Part shown: positions 39,511-48,962 of the stretch, one piece after another | Layout of the letters: each line of letters starts with the position of its first letter | Position numbering within the stretch: position 1 is the stretch's first letter | NCBI GenBank assembly: GCA_039584255.1 | Contig: JBDGYE010000008.1 | Coordinates: forward strand, 4,188-68,187 | From: Gemmatimonadota bacterium | Lineage (GTDB): Bacteria; Gemmatimonadota; Gemmatimonadetes; Palauibacterales; Palauibacteraceae | Direction: 5' to 3' | Length of the DNA stretch: 64,000 bases | Position numbers and translations under genes: made by a program | Notes under the pieces: generated by a model | The model's database searches: none | What the model saw: only the letters and a program-made list of their open reading frames with translations | What the model was told of the DNA's origin: nothing

Positions 39511-40962
39511 ATGCGCCGAGCGCTCATCCATCGTCTCCCCGGCGCTCCGCCGCCGGAGTCGCTGTTCGCCCGGGTACAGGCCCTTCCGTACTCGCTATGG
39601 CTCGACAGCGGCCTGCGCGGTGCCGAGGTGGGGCGCTACTCCTTCATGGCCCTCGACCCGTTCCGAGTGCTCCGCGGCCGCGATGGCCGGGCGCAGTGGA
39701 TCGGACCCGACGGCGCCGTCTCCGCCTCCCTCGACCCCCTCTCGGAGCTGCAGGCGGCGCTACAGCGATACCGGCTCGAGCAGGCTCCAGGCGGGCTGCC
39801 GTTCTGCGGCGGCGCCGGCGGCTACTTGGGCTACGAGCTGGGCCGGGACCTCGAGCGACTTCCATCTCCGCGGGCGCGGGACATGACCGTCCCGGACCTG
39901 GAACTCGGCTTCTACGACATCGTGATCGGCTGGGACCACCGAAGGCGGGAATCCTGGATCGCCTCCACGGGCTTGCCCGAGAGCGGTGGGGCTCGCCGCG
40001 AGCGCGCGGAATCTCGACTGGCCAGGATCCTGGAGTGGCTCGCCGGCGGGGCGGCACCGGAGCCAACGGTCCCAGGGTCTGCCGACGCGGCCAGCGACGG
40101 ATCCGGCCCGGAGGTGTACCGTGTTCCGGCGAATCCGCGCTTGTACTCCACGTTCACGCCAGACGGGTACGCCGAGGCGGTGGGTCGGGCCATCGAGCTG
40201 ATCCGTGGGGGCGATATCTTCCAGGTGAACCTCTCACAGCGTTTCGAGGGGCGCTCACCGGAGGATCCGTTCGCCCTTTACGTGCGGCTCCGAGAAGTGA
40301 ATCCGGTCCCGTTCGGAGCTTTCTTCCGCGGAGGATCGTGTGTGATCCTCAGCGCCTCGCCGGAGCGCTTCCTGCGCATCGACGGCTCCGGGGTCGTCCA
40401 GAGCCGACCTATCAAGGGAACGCGTCCCCGCGGGGCGACGGAGGCGGAGGATGAAGAGCTGGCCCGGGAGCTGGAAGCCAGCGGGAAGGACCGCGCGGAG
40501 AACCTGATGATCGTCGATCTCCTGCGGAATGACCTGTCCCGCGTCTGCCGCCCCGGCTCGGTGACCGCTACCAGCCTGTTCCGCCTGGAGTCGTTCGCCA
40601 CCGTGCACCATCTCGTCTCGACGGTCGAGGGACGTCTCAGGGAGGGTCGCGCATCCACCGATATGCTGCGGGCGGCGTTTCCCTGCGGCTCGGTCACCGG
40701 CGCGCCTAAGATCCGTGCCATGGAGATCATCACGGAGCTGGAGCCGGTTGCCAGGGGTCCGTATTGCGGGGCCATCGGCTACCTGGGCTTCGCCGGCGAC
40801 ATCGACATGAGCGTCGCGATCCGGATCGTGGTCGCGGACCGCAAGCGAGCTGTCTTCCACGCCGGTGGCGCTGTGGTGGTCGACTCCGACCCGGTGGCCG
40901 AGTATGACGAGACGCTGGCCAAGGTAAGGCCTCTCATCGAAGCGCACGCGGCGGTCACGTGA
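39511..40962 (+). CDS. pabB: aminodeoxychorismate synthase component I
   Basis: WLDSG, GDIFQVNL, SASPERF, PIKGT (PabB-type), ENLMIVDLLRND, GAPKIRAM. Confidence 0.92.
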   Translation: MRRALIHRLPGAPPPESLFARVQALPYSLWLDSGLRGAEVGRYSFMALDPFRVLRGRDGRAQWIGPDGAVSASLDPLSELQAALQRYRLEQAPGGLPFCGGAGGYLGYELGRDLERLPSPRARDMTVPDLELGFYDIVIGWDHRRRESWIASTGLPESGGARRERAESRLARILEWLAGGAAPEPTVPGSADAASDGSGPEVYRVPANPRLYSTFTPDGYAEAVGRAIELIRGGDIFQVNLSQRFEGRSPEDPFALYVRLREVNPVPFGAFFRGGSCVILSASPERFLRIDGSGVVQSRPIKGTRPRGATEAEDEELARELEASGKDRAENLMIVDLLRNDLSRVCRPGSVTATSLFRLESFATVHHLVSTVEGRLREGRASTDMLRAAFPCGSVTGAPKIRAMEIITELEPVARGPYCGAIGYLGFAGDIDMSVAIRIVVADRKRAVFHAGGAVVVDSDPVAEYDETLAKVRPLIEAHAAVT

Positions 40963-41618
40963 TCCTGCTGCTCGACAACTACGACTCGTTCGTCTACAAC
41001 CTCGCCCGCTACTTCGAGGAGTTGGGCGAGGACGTGCTCGTCGTGCGTAACGACGCGGTCGGCCCGGAGGACGTGGGTGCCTCGGCACCCACTCACGTCG
41101 TGATCTCGCCGGGCCCATGCACGCCCGCCGAGGCCGGAGTGTCGACCGCGACGGTAAGAGCGTTGGCCGGCGCGGTGCCGATCCTGGGGGTATGCCTGGG
41201 GCACCAGTGCATCGGGGCCGCCTTCGGGGCGGACGTCGTCAGAGCGGTGCGGCCTTTGCACGGAAAGCTCTCGATGATCGGCCACTCGAAGGCCGACCTC
41301 TTCGCCGGACTGCCATCTCCGCTGCTGGGAACTCGTTACCACTCCTTGGTCGTGGACGCCTCGTCTCTCCCGGAGAGCCTGAAGCCAACGGCCTGGGCCG
41401 ACGACGGAAGTCTGATGGCGATGCGGCATGTGGATCTCCCGATCTGGGGGGTCCAGTTCCACCCCGAGGCGGTGCTAACGGAGCACGGCCACGCGCTCCT
41501 TAACAACTTCCTTGTTCTGGGCCGCGGCGGCGACGCGGCCGGCCTTGCGGCTCCACTCCCAGAGCCCGAGGGCGCCGCGGAGGCCTGCCGCGCTCGTCAA
41601 GGCCTGAGCGCGCGGTAG
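40959..41618 (+). CDS. pabA: aminodeoxychorismate/anthranilate synthase glutamine amidotransferase component II
   Basis: DNYDSF, SPGP, GVCLGHQ, RYHSL, QFHPE; GTGA overlap with pabB. Confidence 0.9.
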   Translation: MILLLDNYDSFVYNLARYFEELGEDVLVVRNDAVGPEDVGASAPTHVVISPGPCTPAEAGVSTATVRALAGAVPILGVCLGHQCIGAAFGADVVRAVRPLHGKLSMIGHSKADLFAGLPSPLLGTRYHSLVVDASSLPESLKPTAWADDGSLMAMRHVDLPIWGVQFHPEAVLTEHGHALLNNFLVLGRGGDAAGLAAPLPEPEGAAEACRARQGLSAR

Positions 41619-41629
41619 GCGGGTCCCGA

Positions 41630-43183
41630 CTAGCCGTGACCACCGGGGATCCGATATTGGAGGGCCTCTGCCACGTGGTCCGGTGCGATCCGCCCGCGGG
41701 AGGCCAGATCGGCAACCGTGCGTGCGACCCTCAGCACCCGGTGGCAAGCCCTGGCGCTCAGGGCGTATCGCTCGGCCGCCTTCCTCAGCAGCTCCTCACC
41801 GGAGGCATCGAGGTGGCAATGCCGGCGGAGCTGCGCGGGCGTCAGGGACGCGTTCGAGGCCGTGCCGCCAACCGGGGTCCCGTTCCGGTGCAGCGCTCGG
41901 CATCGCGCCTCCGTAACCCGCTCGCGCACTTCCGGGCTTCCCGCCCCTTGGGGCCGGGATCTGAGATCGTTCCAGGGTACCGACGGAACGTCGACCACCA
42001 TGTCGATCCGATCCAGAAGCGGTCCGCTTATCCGGGCCAGGTGCCGTCGGACATCGGACGGATCGCAGGTACAGCGCCCGGACGCGTCAGTGGCCCGGCC
42101 GCAGGGGCACGGGTTCATGGATGCGACGAGAGAGAACCGGGCGGGGTAGGCGGCCGCCGCACGCGCCCGGGTCACGAGGACTGTGCCCTCCTCCAGCGGC
42201 TGGCGGAGGGCCTCGAGGCACCGGCTCCGGAACTCGGGCAACTCGTCGAGGAAGAGCACGCCGTGGTGGGCTAGGGATACCTCCCCGGGGGCGGGCGGGC
42301 TGCCTCCGCCCACGAGTCCCGCCTCGGTGATGGAATGGTGGGGTGCCCGGAACGGCCTCCGGGTAATCAACCCGGCCCCGGGTGGCAACCGGCCCGCGAC
42401 GCTGTAAACGATGGTGCTCTCGACGGACTCCTCCAACGTCATCGGCGGGAGGATCGTCGACAGTCGGCGAGCGAGCATCGTCTTCCCCGCGCCGGGCGCC
42501 CCACGGAAGACCAGGTTGTGGGCGCCGGCCGCTGCCACCTCAAGCGCGCGCTTACACCCGTCCTGCCCCTGGACATCGGCCAGATCCAGTGACGCCGTTG
42601 ATAAGAGATCTCCCGCTACGGGCTCGCTGCCGCGCTCTGTCTCCAGCGCGGCCGTCGTGGGGAGCGACGCTGCATCGCGCAGGAAGTCCATCACTTCAGG
42701 CAATCGCCTGGCGCCGTGCACGGCGAAACCGGCGACCGGTGAGGCCTCCGGCAAGTTTTCGATGGGCACGATGAGGCCGTCGAGATCGGTTCGGCTCCGA
42801 CAGTGCAGCGCCACAGGAAGGACACCGCGCACTCCCCGGATTCCGCCGTCAAGCCCCAGTTCGCCCACCATTGCGTATCGAGCGCAGCGAGCGGCCGGCA
42901 GCTGGCCCGAGGCGGCCAAGATGGATACTGCGACCGGAAGGTCGTAGGCAGAGCCGCTCTTTGCTATGCGCGCCGGAGCCAGGTTCACAGTGATCCGCAG
43001 GCCTGGAACACGGAGACCGAGCTGGGCGGCGGCCGCTCGGAAGCGTTCGTTGCACTCCCGAGCGGCGGCGGGCGCCAGTCCGACGATTCGGATCATGGGA
43101 GTGCCTCTCCGAATCGACGCTTCGACGACGATCGACACGGCCTCCACGCCGACCAGCGCCGCGCTGGGAACGGTATGCAGCAT
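41630..43183 (-). CDS. comM: ComM/YifB Mg-chelatase-like AAA+ ATPase
   Basis: ITVNLAPA, GELGLDG, GAPGAGKTMLARR, PFRAPHH, LDELPEF, MNPCPCG, SGPLLDRID. Confidence 0.92.
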   Translation of the reverse strand: MLHTVPSAALVGVEAVSIVVEASIRRGTPMIRIVGLAPAAARECNERFRAAAAQLGLRVPGLRITVNLAPARIAKSGSAYDLPVAVSILAASGQLPAARCARYAMVGELGLDGGIRGVRGVLPVALHCRSRTDLDGLIVPIENLPEASPVAGFAVHGARRLPEVMDFLRDAASLPTTAALETERGSEPVAGDLLSTASLDLADVQGQDGCKRALEVAAAGAHNLVFRGAPGAGKTMLARRLSTILPPMTLEESVESTIVYSVAGRLPPGAGLITRRPFRAPHHSITEAGLVGGGSPPAPGEVSLAHHGVLFLDELPEFRSRCLEALRQPLEEGTVLVTRARAAAAYPARFSLVASMNPCPCGRATDASGRCTCDPSDVRRHLARISGPLLDRIDMVVDVPSVPWNDLRSRPQGAGSPEVRERVTEARCRALHRNGTPVGGTASNASLTPAQLRRHCHLDASGEELLRKAAERYALSARACHRVLRVARTVADLASRGRIAPDHVAEALQYRIPGGHG

Positions 43184-43243
43184 GCCGGCACCCTGCCGGC
43201 GCTGGATCAACTTCGGATCAAGGAGCGTCGGCTCGCCGGGCTG

Positions 43244-43762
43244 TCAGTGCGGGGCTGGGTGTTCGGCCTCCGGATCCAGGTGGTCTCTGATCTTCACCCA
43301 CAGGCGCGGGTGGGCGCGGACCAGGTACGTGCCCATCCCCACACCCGCCAGCAGGTTGGCCGCGATGACGGAGCCGATGGACAGCGCGCCCGAGGTGGAG
43401 GCCGCGGCGGAGACGAAGAGGGCCATGGTCCCGAAGAAACCGGCAAGGCCTATGAAGAGGGCCAGAACAAAGAAGCTCGGGTTGCGCTCGGTCTGCATCA
43501 CTAGCCAGGCGGCGACGAGCCCGATGAGTAGAAAGACCAGCAGGTGCAGGCCGTTGAAGGCGTATACGGCCGCCGGGGTCACGGTCACGTTCCCCGGCGC
43601 GCCGTTGCCTCCCACCAGGCCCTGACCCAGAAGGGCTGCCGTGTAGAAGAAGGACCTGCCGGAGATGAGGTTCACGACTCCGAAGAACAGGACCACCGCC
43701 AAATAGCCGAGCAGTCCGGTGATCAATCCGTCCGTGAGCACGCGCACGCGATCCGGTTTCAC
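43244..43762 (-). CDS. hypothetical multi-pass membrane protein
   Basis: About four hydrophobic segments; AGGAGG SD before GTG 43762. Confidence 0.75.
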   Translation of the reverse strand: MKPDRVRVLTDGLITGLLGYLAVVLFFGVVNLISGRSFFYTAALLGQGLVGGNGAPGNVTVTPAAVYAFNGLHLLVFLLIGLVAAWLVMQTERNPSFFVLALFIGLAGFFGTMALFVSAAASTSGALSIGSVIAANLLAGVGMGTYLVRAHPRLWVKIRDHLDPEAEHPAPH

Positions 43763-43903
43763 TCTTGACCTCCTGGTCGCTGCGCCGGGGTATCTCGAAT
43801 AGCGGCCGTCCTCCGAAATCGTCGCGCACAACGCAGCCCGCCAAGAACATGGGAGAAACGTCCGGCCACGGCCAGCGGCTGCGCCCGGCGAGCAACGCGT
43901 CCT

Positions 43904-44572
43904 CTACACAAAGGTAGCGATCTCCCCCAACTGCTTGCGCTGAAGGTCGGGCACGACGGCATCGGGCGCCGGGTGGCCGACGACCAGGATCAGGAACGGT
44001 CTCTCGCTCCCCGGACGCCCCAGCAACTGGCTCAGGAAGCCCATCGGGCTGGGTGTATGGGTCAGGCAAGCAAGGCCCGCCCGGTGCAACGCAGTGATCA
44101 GAATGCCGGTGGCGATCCCAACCGACTCCTGGACGTAGTAGTGCTTCTGTCGCTCGCCCTCATCGCCCACGCCGTAGCTTCGGGCGAAGACCGCGATTAG
44201 GAACGGAGCGTCTTCCAGAAAGGGCTTTTTCTCGTTCGTTCCGAGAGGCGCAAGCGCCTCCAACCACTCCTGGGGCGCGCGCCGGCCGTAGAACTCGCGT
44301 TCCTCGGCCTCGGCTGCCTCACGGATCCGCCGCTTCACCTTCGGGTCGGAAACGACTACGAAGTGCCACGGTTGTTTGTGGGCCCCGCTGGGGGCAGTGC
44401 CGGCCGCACGCACGCACTCCTCGATCACCTCCTCGGGCACCGGCCGCTGCGAGAAATGGCGTACGGATCGGCGCCGCGCTACGTCCTCGTAGAAGGAACG
44501 CGCCCGCCGAGTCATCTCCTCGTCCGGGTAGGAGCGGTGTTGGGAGAGCGGTACCATCTCGGGTCGCTCCAT
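43904..44572 (-). CDS. nitroreductase-superfamily flavoprotein, iodotyrosine deiodinase-like
   Basis: [48 protein letters not shown]. Confidence 0.88.
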   Translation of the reverse strand: MERPEMVPLSQHRSYPDEEMTRRARSFYEDVARRRSVRHFSQRPVPEEVIEECVRAAGTAPSGAHKQPWHFVVVSDPKVKRRIREAAEAEEREFYGRRAPQEWLEALAPLGTNEKKPFLEDAPFLIAVFARSYGVGDEGERQKHYYVQESVGIATGILITALHRAGLACLTHTPSPMGFLSQLLGRPGSERPFLILVVGHPAPDAVVPDLQRKQLGEIATFV

Positions 44573-44739
44573 CAAGCCTCCGGTCGTTCGCGTCGGGTCA
44601 CTGCCTGGTCCGGGTGTCCTCCAGCCGAGAACCTTGTTGTGCGGGAAGCCTCCGGCAATCAGCTGGCGACTTCCGAGGGTGCCCCGGTATTCTTCCGGAT
44701 CTGAGAGCGGGACCCGCGACCGCTTTCCATTCCGACCGA

Positions 44740-45729
44740 ATGACCATGGCTGCCTACCGATCCGACGCGCCAGATTCTGGGGGTCTCGGGACCCGAGCGG
44801 CGGGGTACGCGGCGGCGCTGGCGGCCGGAACGCTCTGGGGAACCACGGGCCCCCTCAGTGCGGCCCTGTACGCCGTGGGAGCGGAGATCACAGGGGTAGG
44901 CTTCTGGCGAATCGCCATCGCCACCCTCGGCCTGCTGATCTTTGGCCTGGCGCGACCCGCACTGTTGCGGATCGACCGGCGGGGTCTGCTGCTGGTAGGC
45001 TTGGGCGGAGGCGCCATGGTAGCCGTCTTCGAGGTGGCCTATCAGTACGCCATTGCCGGAGTCGGTGTGGCCGGCGCCGCGGCGCTCCTGTACACCGCGC
45101 CAGTCCTGGTGGCGATCCTGGCAAGGCTCTTCCTGGCCGAGCGCCTTACTGTCGTGCGGCTGGTGCTCGCCGTGGGAGTGATGGTCGGCGCTGCTCTCAC
45201 CGTAGCGGGCGGAAGCGGCTTCGACGAGCTGTTCGAATCTCGTGAAGCGGGCCTGGCCGCGGGATTGACGGGCGGGCTCATGGCGGCCGGAGCCTATGCA
45301 GGCACGACGCTGATCGCCCGGTACGCAGTGCCGCGATACGGTGCCGTCCGTGTTCTCTTCCTCGAGCTGTCCGGTGGTACGTTCCTGCTGGCGGTTCTCC
45401 TGCCCCTTACCGGAAACACACCGGCGCCGCCCTCGACCGCTGGAGGGTGGGTCTTCATCCTCCTTTTGGCGTTGGGCGCCGTACTCGGAGCCAACTTCTT
45501 GTTCTTCGCCGCGCTGAAGCGGATCGAAGCCGCCCCCACTGCGGTGGCCGCCACGATCGAGCCGGTAGTGGCAGCGGTACTGGCGCTAGTTTTGTTCGGC
45601 CATGGACTCACCGCGGCGGGGTGGCTCGGACTAGGGCTTGTCGTGGCGAGCGTCGCGGCCGGCTACCTGAGGGAGACTAGCCCCGGGGACGAGGCCCTTG
45701 CGCCGACCGCGGAGAGGCGCGACACGTGA
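44740..45729 (+). CDS. EamA/DMT family transporter
   Basis: About 10 TMs, LWGT, LLYTAPV, IEPVVA, FLAERL duplicated-domain pattern. Confidence 0.9.
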   Translation: MTMAAYRSDAPDSGGLGTRAAGYAAALAAGTLWGTTGPLSAALYAVGAEITGVGFWRIAIATLGLLIFGLARPALLRIDRRGLLLVGLGGGAMVAVFEVAYQYAIAGVGVAGAAALLYTAPVLVAILARLFLAERLTVVRLVLAVGVMVGAALTVAGGSGFDELFESREAGLAAGLTGGLMAAGAYAGTTLIARYAVPRYGAVRVLFLELSGGTFLLAVLLPLTGNTPAPPSTAGGWVFILLLALGAVLGANFLFFAALKRIEAAPTAVAATIEPVVAAVLALVLFGHGLTAAGWLGLGLVVASVAAGYLRETSPGDEALAPTAERRDT

Positions 45730-45749
45730 CTCTGCGCGTGGCGGCGGGC

Positions 45750-46547
45750 TCAGTCGGCTCCGACGGAGTGTGCCGCGATCCGGTCCACCAGCGCGGGCGT
45801 GGCCAGCTTCATCCAGCGGCCCAGTTTGCCCTTCGCCGTCATCACGACCTGGCGGCGTCTCCGCCAGGCCGCGTCCAGTATGATGCGGGCACACTCATGC
45901 GCGCTCATGACGCGTCCTGCCGTGCGGCCCTTCCCCCACCCGTGGCCCGACCCGACCGCTCGCTCGCGGATTCCGGTGTCCACGAAACCGGGGTAGGCTA
46001 CCGTCACGCTGACGCCCCTGTCGCGCAGCTCGATCCGCAGTGAATCAAAGAGCCCGGCCATGGCGTGCTTCGAGGCGGCATACCCGCTGCGCGTGGGCAC
46101 ACCGGTGAGGCCCGTCAGACTGGCCACGGCCACGAGCCGTCCACCCGAAGTGACCAAGTGGCGAAGGGCGTGGTGGGTGCAGTAGACGCTCCCGAAGTAG
46201 TTGACCTGCATCACGCGCTCGAGAGCGGAGACGTCGTCCAGCTCCTCGAACCGGGCGAGCATCGAGATGCCCGCATTGTTGATCAGCGTGTCGAGCCGCC
46301 CGTAGGCCTCGATCGCCGACTCTATCAGGCGACCGCAGTCGGACTCCGAGGTCACGTCGACGGCCACGGCGACTGCCTCACCACCCGCCGTGCGGCACCG
46401 GTCGGCCACGTCGTGCAGGAGGGCCTCGTCACGCGCTCCGAGGACCAGCAGTCCGCCGCGCTCGGCCAACTGAAGAGCCAGCTCGCGGCCGATTCCCCGG
46501 GATGCCCCGGTGATGACGACCACGTTCTCCCGGAAGGGCTTCCCCAT
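45750..46547 (-). CDS. short-chain dehydrogenase/reductase
   Basis: ITGASRGIG, NNAG, YAASK, PGFVDT. Confidence 0.93.
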   Translation of the reverse strand: MGKPFRENVVVITGASRGIGRELALQLAERGGLLVLGARDEALLHDVADRCRTAGGEAVAVAVDVTSESDCGRLIESAIEAYGRLDTLINNAGISMLARFEELDDVSALERVMQVNYFGSVYCTHHALRHLVTSGGRLVAVASLTGLTGVPTRSGYAASKHAMAGLFDSLRIELRDRGVSVTVAYPGFVDTGIRERAVGSGHGWGKGRTAGRVMSAHECARIILDAAWRRRRQVVMTAKGKLGRWMKLATPALVDRIAAHSVGAD

Positions 46548-46606
46548 ACGCACGCTCCTCGTTCTGGACTCGGTTGTCAGCCAACGGTTTCGCCGGCGGG
46601 GGCGTC

Positions 46607-46615
46607 TGCTACATT
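46607..46615 (+). promoter_or_regulatory. extended -10 (TGcTACATT) 7 nt before GTG 46623 (leaderless)
   Basis: TG at 46607-46608, TACATT at 46610-46615, GTG at 46623; no SD. Confidence 0.55.
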
Positions 46616-46622
46616 AGCGTCC

Positions 46623-47345
46623 GTGGACACGACGACGAAACGTGAGAGGGCGGCACGTTTGGCGGCGCTCTCCTGGACGCAGGCAGCCGAATGGTTCCGG
46701 CGGGATCCGCGGCTTCTTCTGCCCGTGGGCACGTGCCTCCAGCACGGACCCCATCTTCCGCTGGGCACCGACACGCTGATCGTGGAGCGTCTGGCCGAGG
46801 ACATCTCGTCACGCACGGGAATCCTGCTCGCGCCCACGCTCGCCTACGGCGTAACCTCGGAGACGGAGCGCGAGTACGCGGGGACCTCTTCTCTGGAACG
46901 AAAGACGCTCCATCGGGTCCTCAACGAGCTCGTCGACGGCTGGGAGCGCCAGGGTCTGGAGGAGATCATCCTGATGACGGCTCACGGATACGGACCGCAC
47001 ATACAGGCTCTGGCCGCCGTTCTGGCCGACACGGTGCGTGTTAGGGCCGTGGACATTCACGCCATCGACATGACGGCGTACCTGGCCTCCAGGGACATGG
47101 CGGAGCACGCCGGCGAGATGGAGACGTCGCTCCTGCTCCATCTGGCGCCGGAGCTGGTTCGGTTGGAGGAGGGAGTCGACGAGATGCCGGAGAACGGCGA
47201 CGGCCGGCCGACCGAGAAGGACGAGCCGGTTCCAGCGAGAGGTTCATCCGGCGTGGTGGGCAGGCCTTCACTGTCATCGGCCAAGACGGGCGAGCAGATC
47301 TATGCGTACCTGGTCGAATACATCTCGAGACGACTCGCGAGCTGA
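46623..47345 (+). CDS. creatininase-family amidohydrolase (atypical metal site)
   Basis: LSW, LPVGTCLQHGPHLPLGTD, TAHG, HAGEMETS. Confidence 0.85.
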   Translation: MDTTTKRERAARLAALSWTQAAEWFRRDPRLLLPVGTCLQHGPHLPLGTDTLIVERLAEDISSRTGILLAPTLAYGVTSETEREYAGTSSLERKTLHRVLNELVDGWERQGLEEIILMTAHGYGPHIQALAAVLADTVRVRAVDIHAIDMTAYLASRDMAEHAGEMETSLLLHLAPELVRLEEGVDEMPENGDGRPTEKDEPVPARGSSGVVGRPSLSSAKTGEQIYAYLVEYISRRLAS

Positions 47346-48051
47346 GCCGAGGCTCGGTCTGGCGCTGGCGGTCGCGTGGGCGGCCCTGATCTGCGGCCCC
47401 GGTTGGGCGGCGGCTCAGGGAAGGGCCACGTTGGACGCGGGCCAGTTCGAAATACTCTCCGGCGACCGCGTCGTGGGAACCGAGACGTTCGCCATCCGTC
47501 GCCAGGGCGACGAGTATATGGCGGTGGGCAGGCTGACGATCGAGGGCGGGCCGGACGCTCTGCGCTCGGTGGAGCTCGGGCTCCGCGCTGACGCCGATTT
47601 CCTGCCCCGCAGGTACGAGTTGCGCTCTCTGGAGGGCCGGCCGACCAACCTGGCCGTCGGCCGGTCCGGAAGACGACTGCGGCTCACGAATTCGACGGAA
47701 GAGGGAGAGCGGCTGACGGAGTTCCTCGCCGGGCCGGAGATGGTCCTTCTCGAACGCGGAGTGGCGCACCATTATTTCTTTCTCGTGCAACGCCTGGCGA
47801 GGCACCGGGACCCGGCCGGGGCGACTCTCTCGGCGTTGGTTCCCGCTGAGGGGAGGCAAGTCTCGGTTCGGGTGAGGGGCGTTGCGCAGGACGATCTGCA
47901 GATAGGTGGTCGCACCGTTTCCGCGCGGCGCTATGATCTGGAAGTGGCCCAGGAGCCGGTATCAGTCTGGGTCGACGGGGACGCGGGCCGGGTGCTCCGG
48001 GTAGCGGTATCGACCCGCGGCTGGTCTGCCACACGGGTTCCGAAGGAGTGA
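47302..48051 (+). CDS. exported beta-strand-rich hypothetical protein
   Basis: Signal peptide ...WAAA-QG; VGTETFAI, ARRYDL, VWVDGDAGRVLRV. Confidence 0.7.
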   Translation: MRTWSNTSRDDSRAEPRLGLALAVAWAALICGPGWAAAQGRATLDAGQFEILSGDRVVGTETFAIRRQGDEYMAVGRLTIEGGPDALRSVELGLRADADFLPRRYELRSLEGRPTNLAVGRSGRRLRLTNSTEEGERLTEFLAGPEMVLLERGVAHHYFFLVQRLARHRDPAGATLSALVPAEGRQVSVRVRGVAQDDLQIGGRTVSARRYDLEVAQEPVSVWVDGDAGRVLRVAVSTRGWSATRVPKE

Positions 48052-48054
48052 GCG

Positions 48055-48774
48055 ATGAGTGACGAGACAGGGGGCGGCCACGGGCCGGAAGCGGACGAGC
48101 GGCAGACGTCGGTTCCCAATCTGGCGGTGCGCGTCGTCCAGGTATTCACCTCTCCGGCCGCCCTGTTCGATCGGCTCAAGACGAGCCCGGTCTGGGTAGA
48201 CGCCGTCGTCCTGATCGTAGTTCTGGGCCTGATCGTGCAGGTATTGATCCCCGAGGAGCTGATCCGGGAGGCGATCCTGGCGCGGATCCCGAGCGACGCA
48301 TCTCCCGAGCAGGTGGAGGCGGCGCAGGGGATGGTCGGAGTCGCCAGCACGGTCCGCTGGATCGCCACGGTCGTCTTACCTCCCGTCATGATCGCCATCA
48401 TCGCCGGGGTGCTGCTGCTCATCTTCAACGTGCTTCGGGGCGGCGACGCGAGCTTCAGACAGCTTTATTCAGCGACGGCGCACGCGAATCTGATCCCCGC
48501 CGTCGGAGGGCTCGTCACGCTACCCCTGATTCTGGCGCGCCAGGAGCTGCAGACGACGCTGGCTCTGCACTTGTTCGCGCCTGGTCTGGACACCGGCACC
48601 TATGCGTATCGCTTCCTCAGTGGCATAGGCCTGTTCGGGGTGTGGGCCACCGTAGTACTGGGTATCGCGGTCAGCCGGCTGTACCCCAAGGTCTCGGCGG
48701 GAAGTGCGATCGCGATTCTTCTTCTGCTGTACGTCCTCGCGAAAGCGGTGATGGCAGTGGGAGGAGCTGCCTGA
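48055..48774 (+). CDS. Yip1-domain membrane protein (YknW-like)
   Basis: VFTSPAALFDRL...W motif, about five TMs, ASFRQLYS; upstream of MFP/ABC genes. Confidence 0.8.
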   Translation: MSDETGGGHGPEADERQTSVPNLAVRVVQVFTSPAALFDRLKTSPVWVDAVVLIVVLGLIVQVLIPEELIREAILARIPSDASPEQVEAAQGMVGVASTVRWIATVVLPPVMIAIIAGVLLLIFNVLRGGDASFRQLYSATAHANLIPAVGGLVTLPLILARQELQTTLALHLFAPGLDTGTYAYRFLSGIGLFGVWATVVLGIAVSRLYPKVSAGSAIAILLLLYVLAKAVMAVGGAA

Positions 48775-48884
48775 ATCGGCACGCCGCTCGGATTCTCACT
48801 GGGGACCAACGGCAACCCACACTCGGGTGTTCTAAAGGTCGCCAAATGAACCGAGTTGCCGCCGGTTAGGAAGGTGCAGGCGGC

Positions 48885-48911
48885 TGAAACCCGACCCCAG
48901 CACTCTCCGTA
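48885..48911 (+). promoter_or_regulatory. candidate ECF-sigma promoter TGAAAC-17-CGTA
   Basis: Matches the SigW-like consensus; about 50 nt upstream of the MFP ATG. Confidence 0.5.
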
Positions 48912-48962
48912 CTCCGAGTGTAAGGAGGCAAGCCACTAACGCAATGCCGGGGAAAGAGATAA

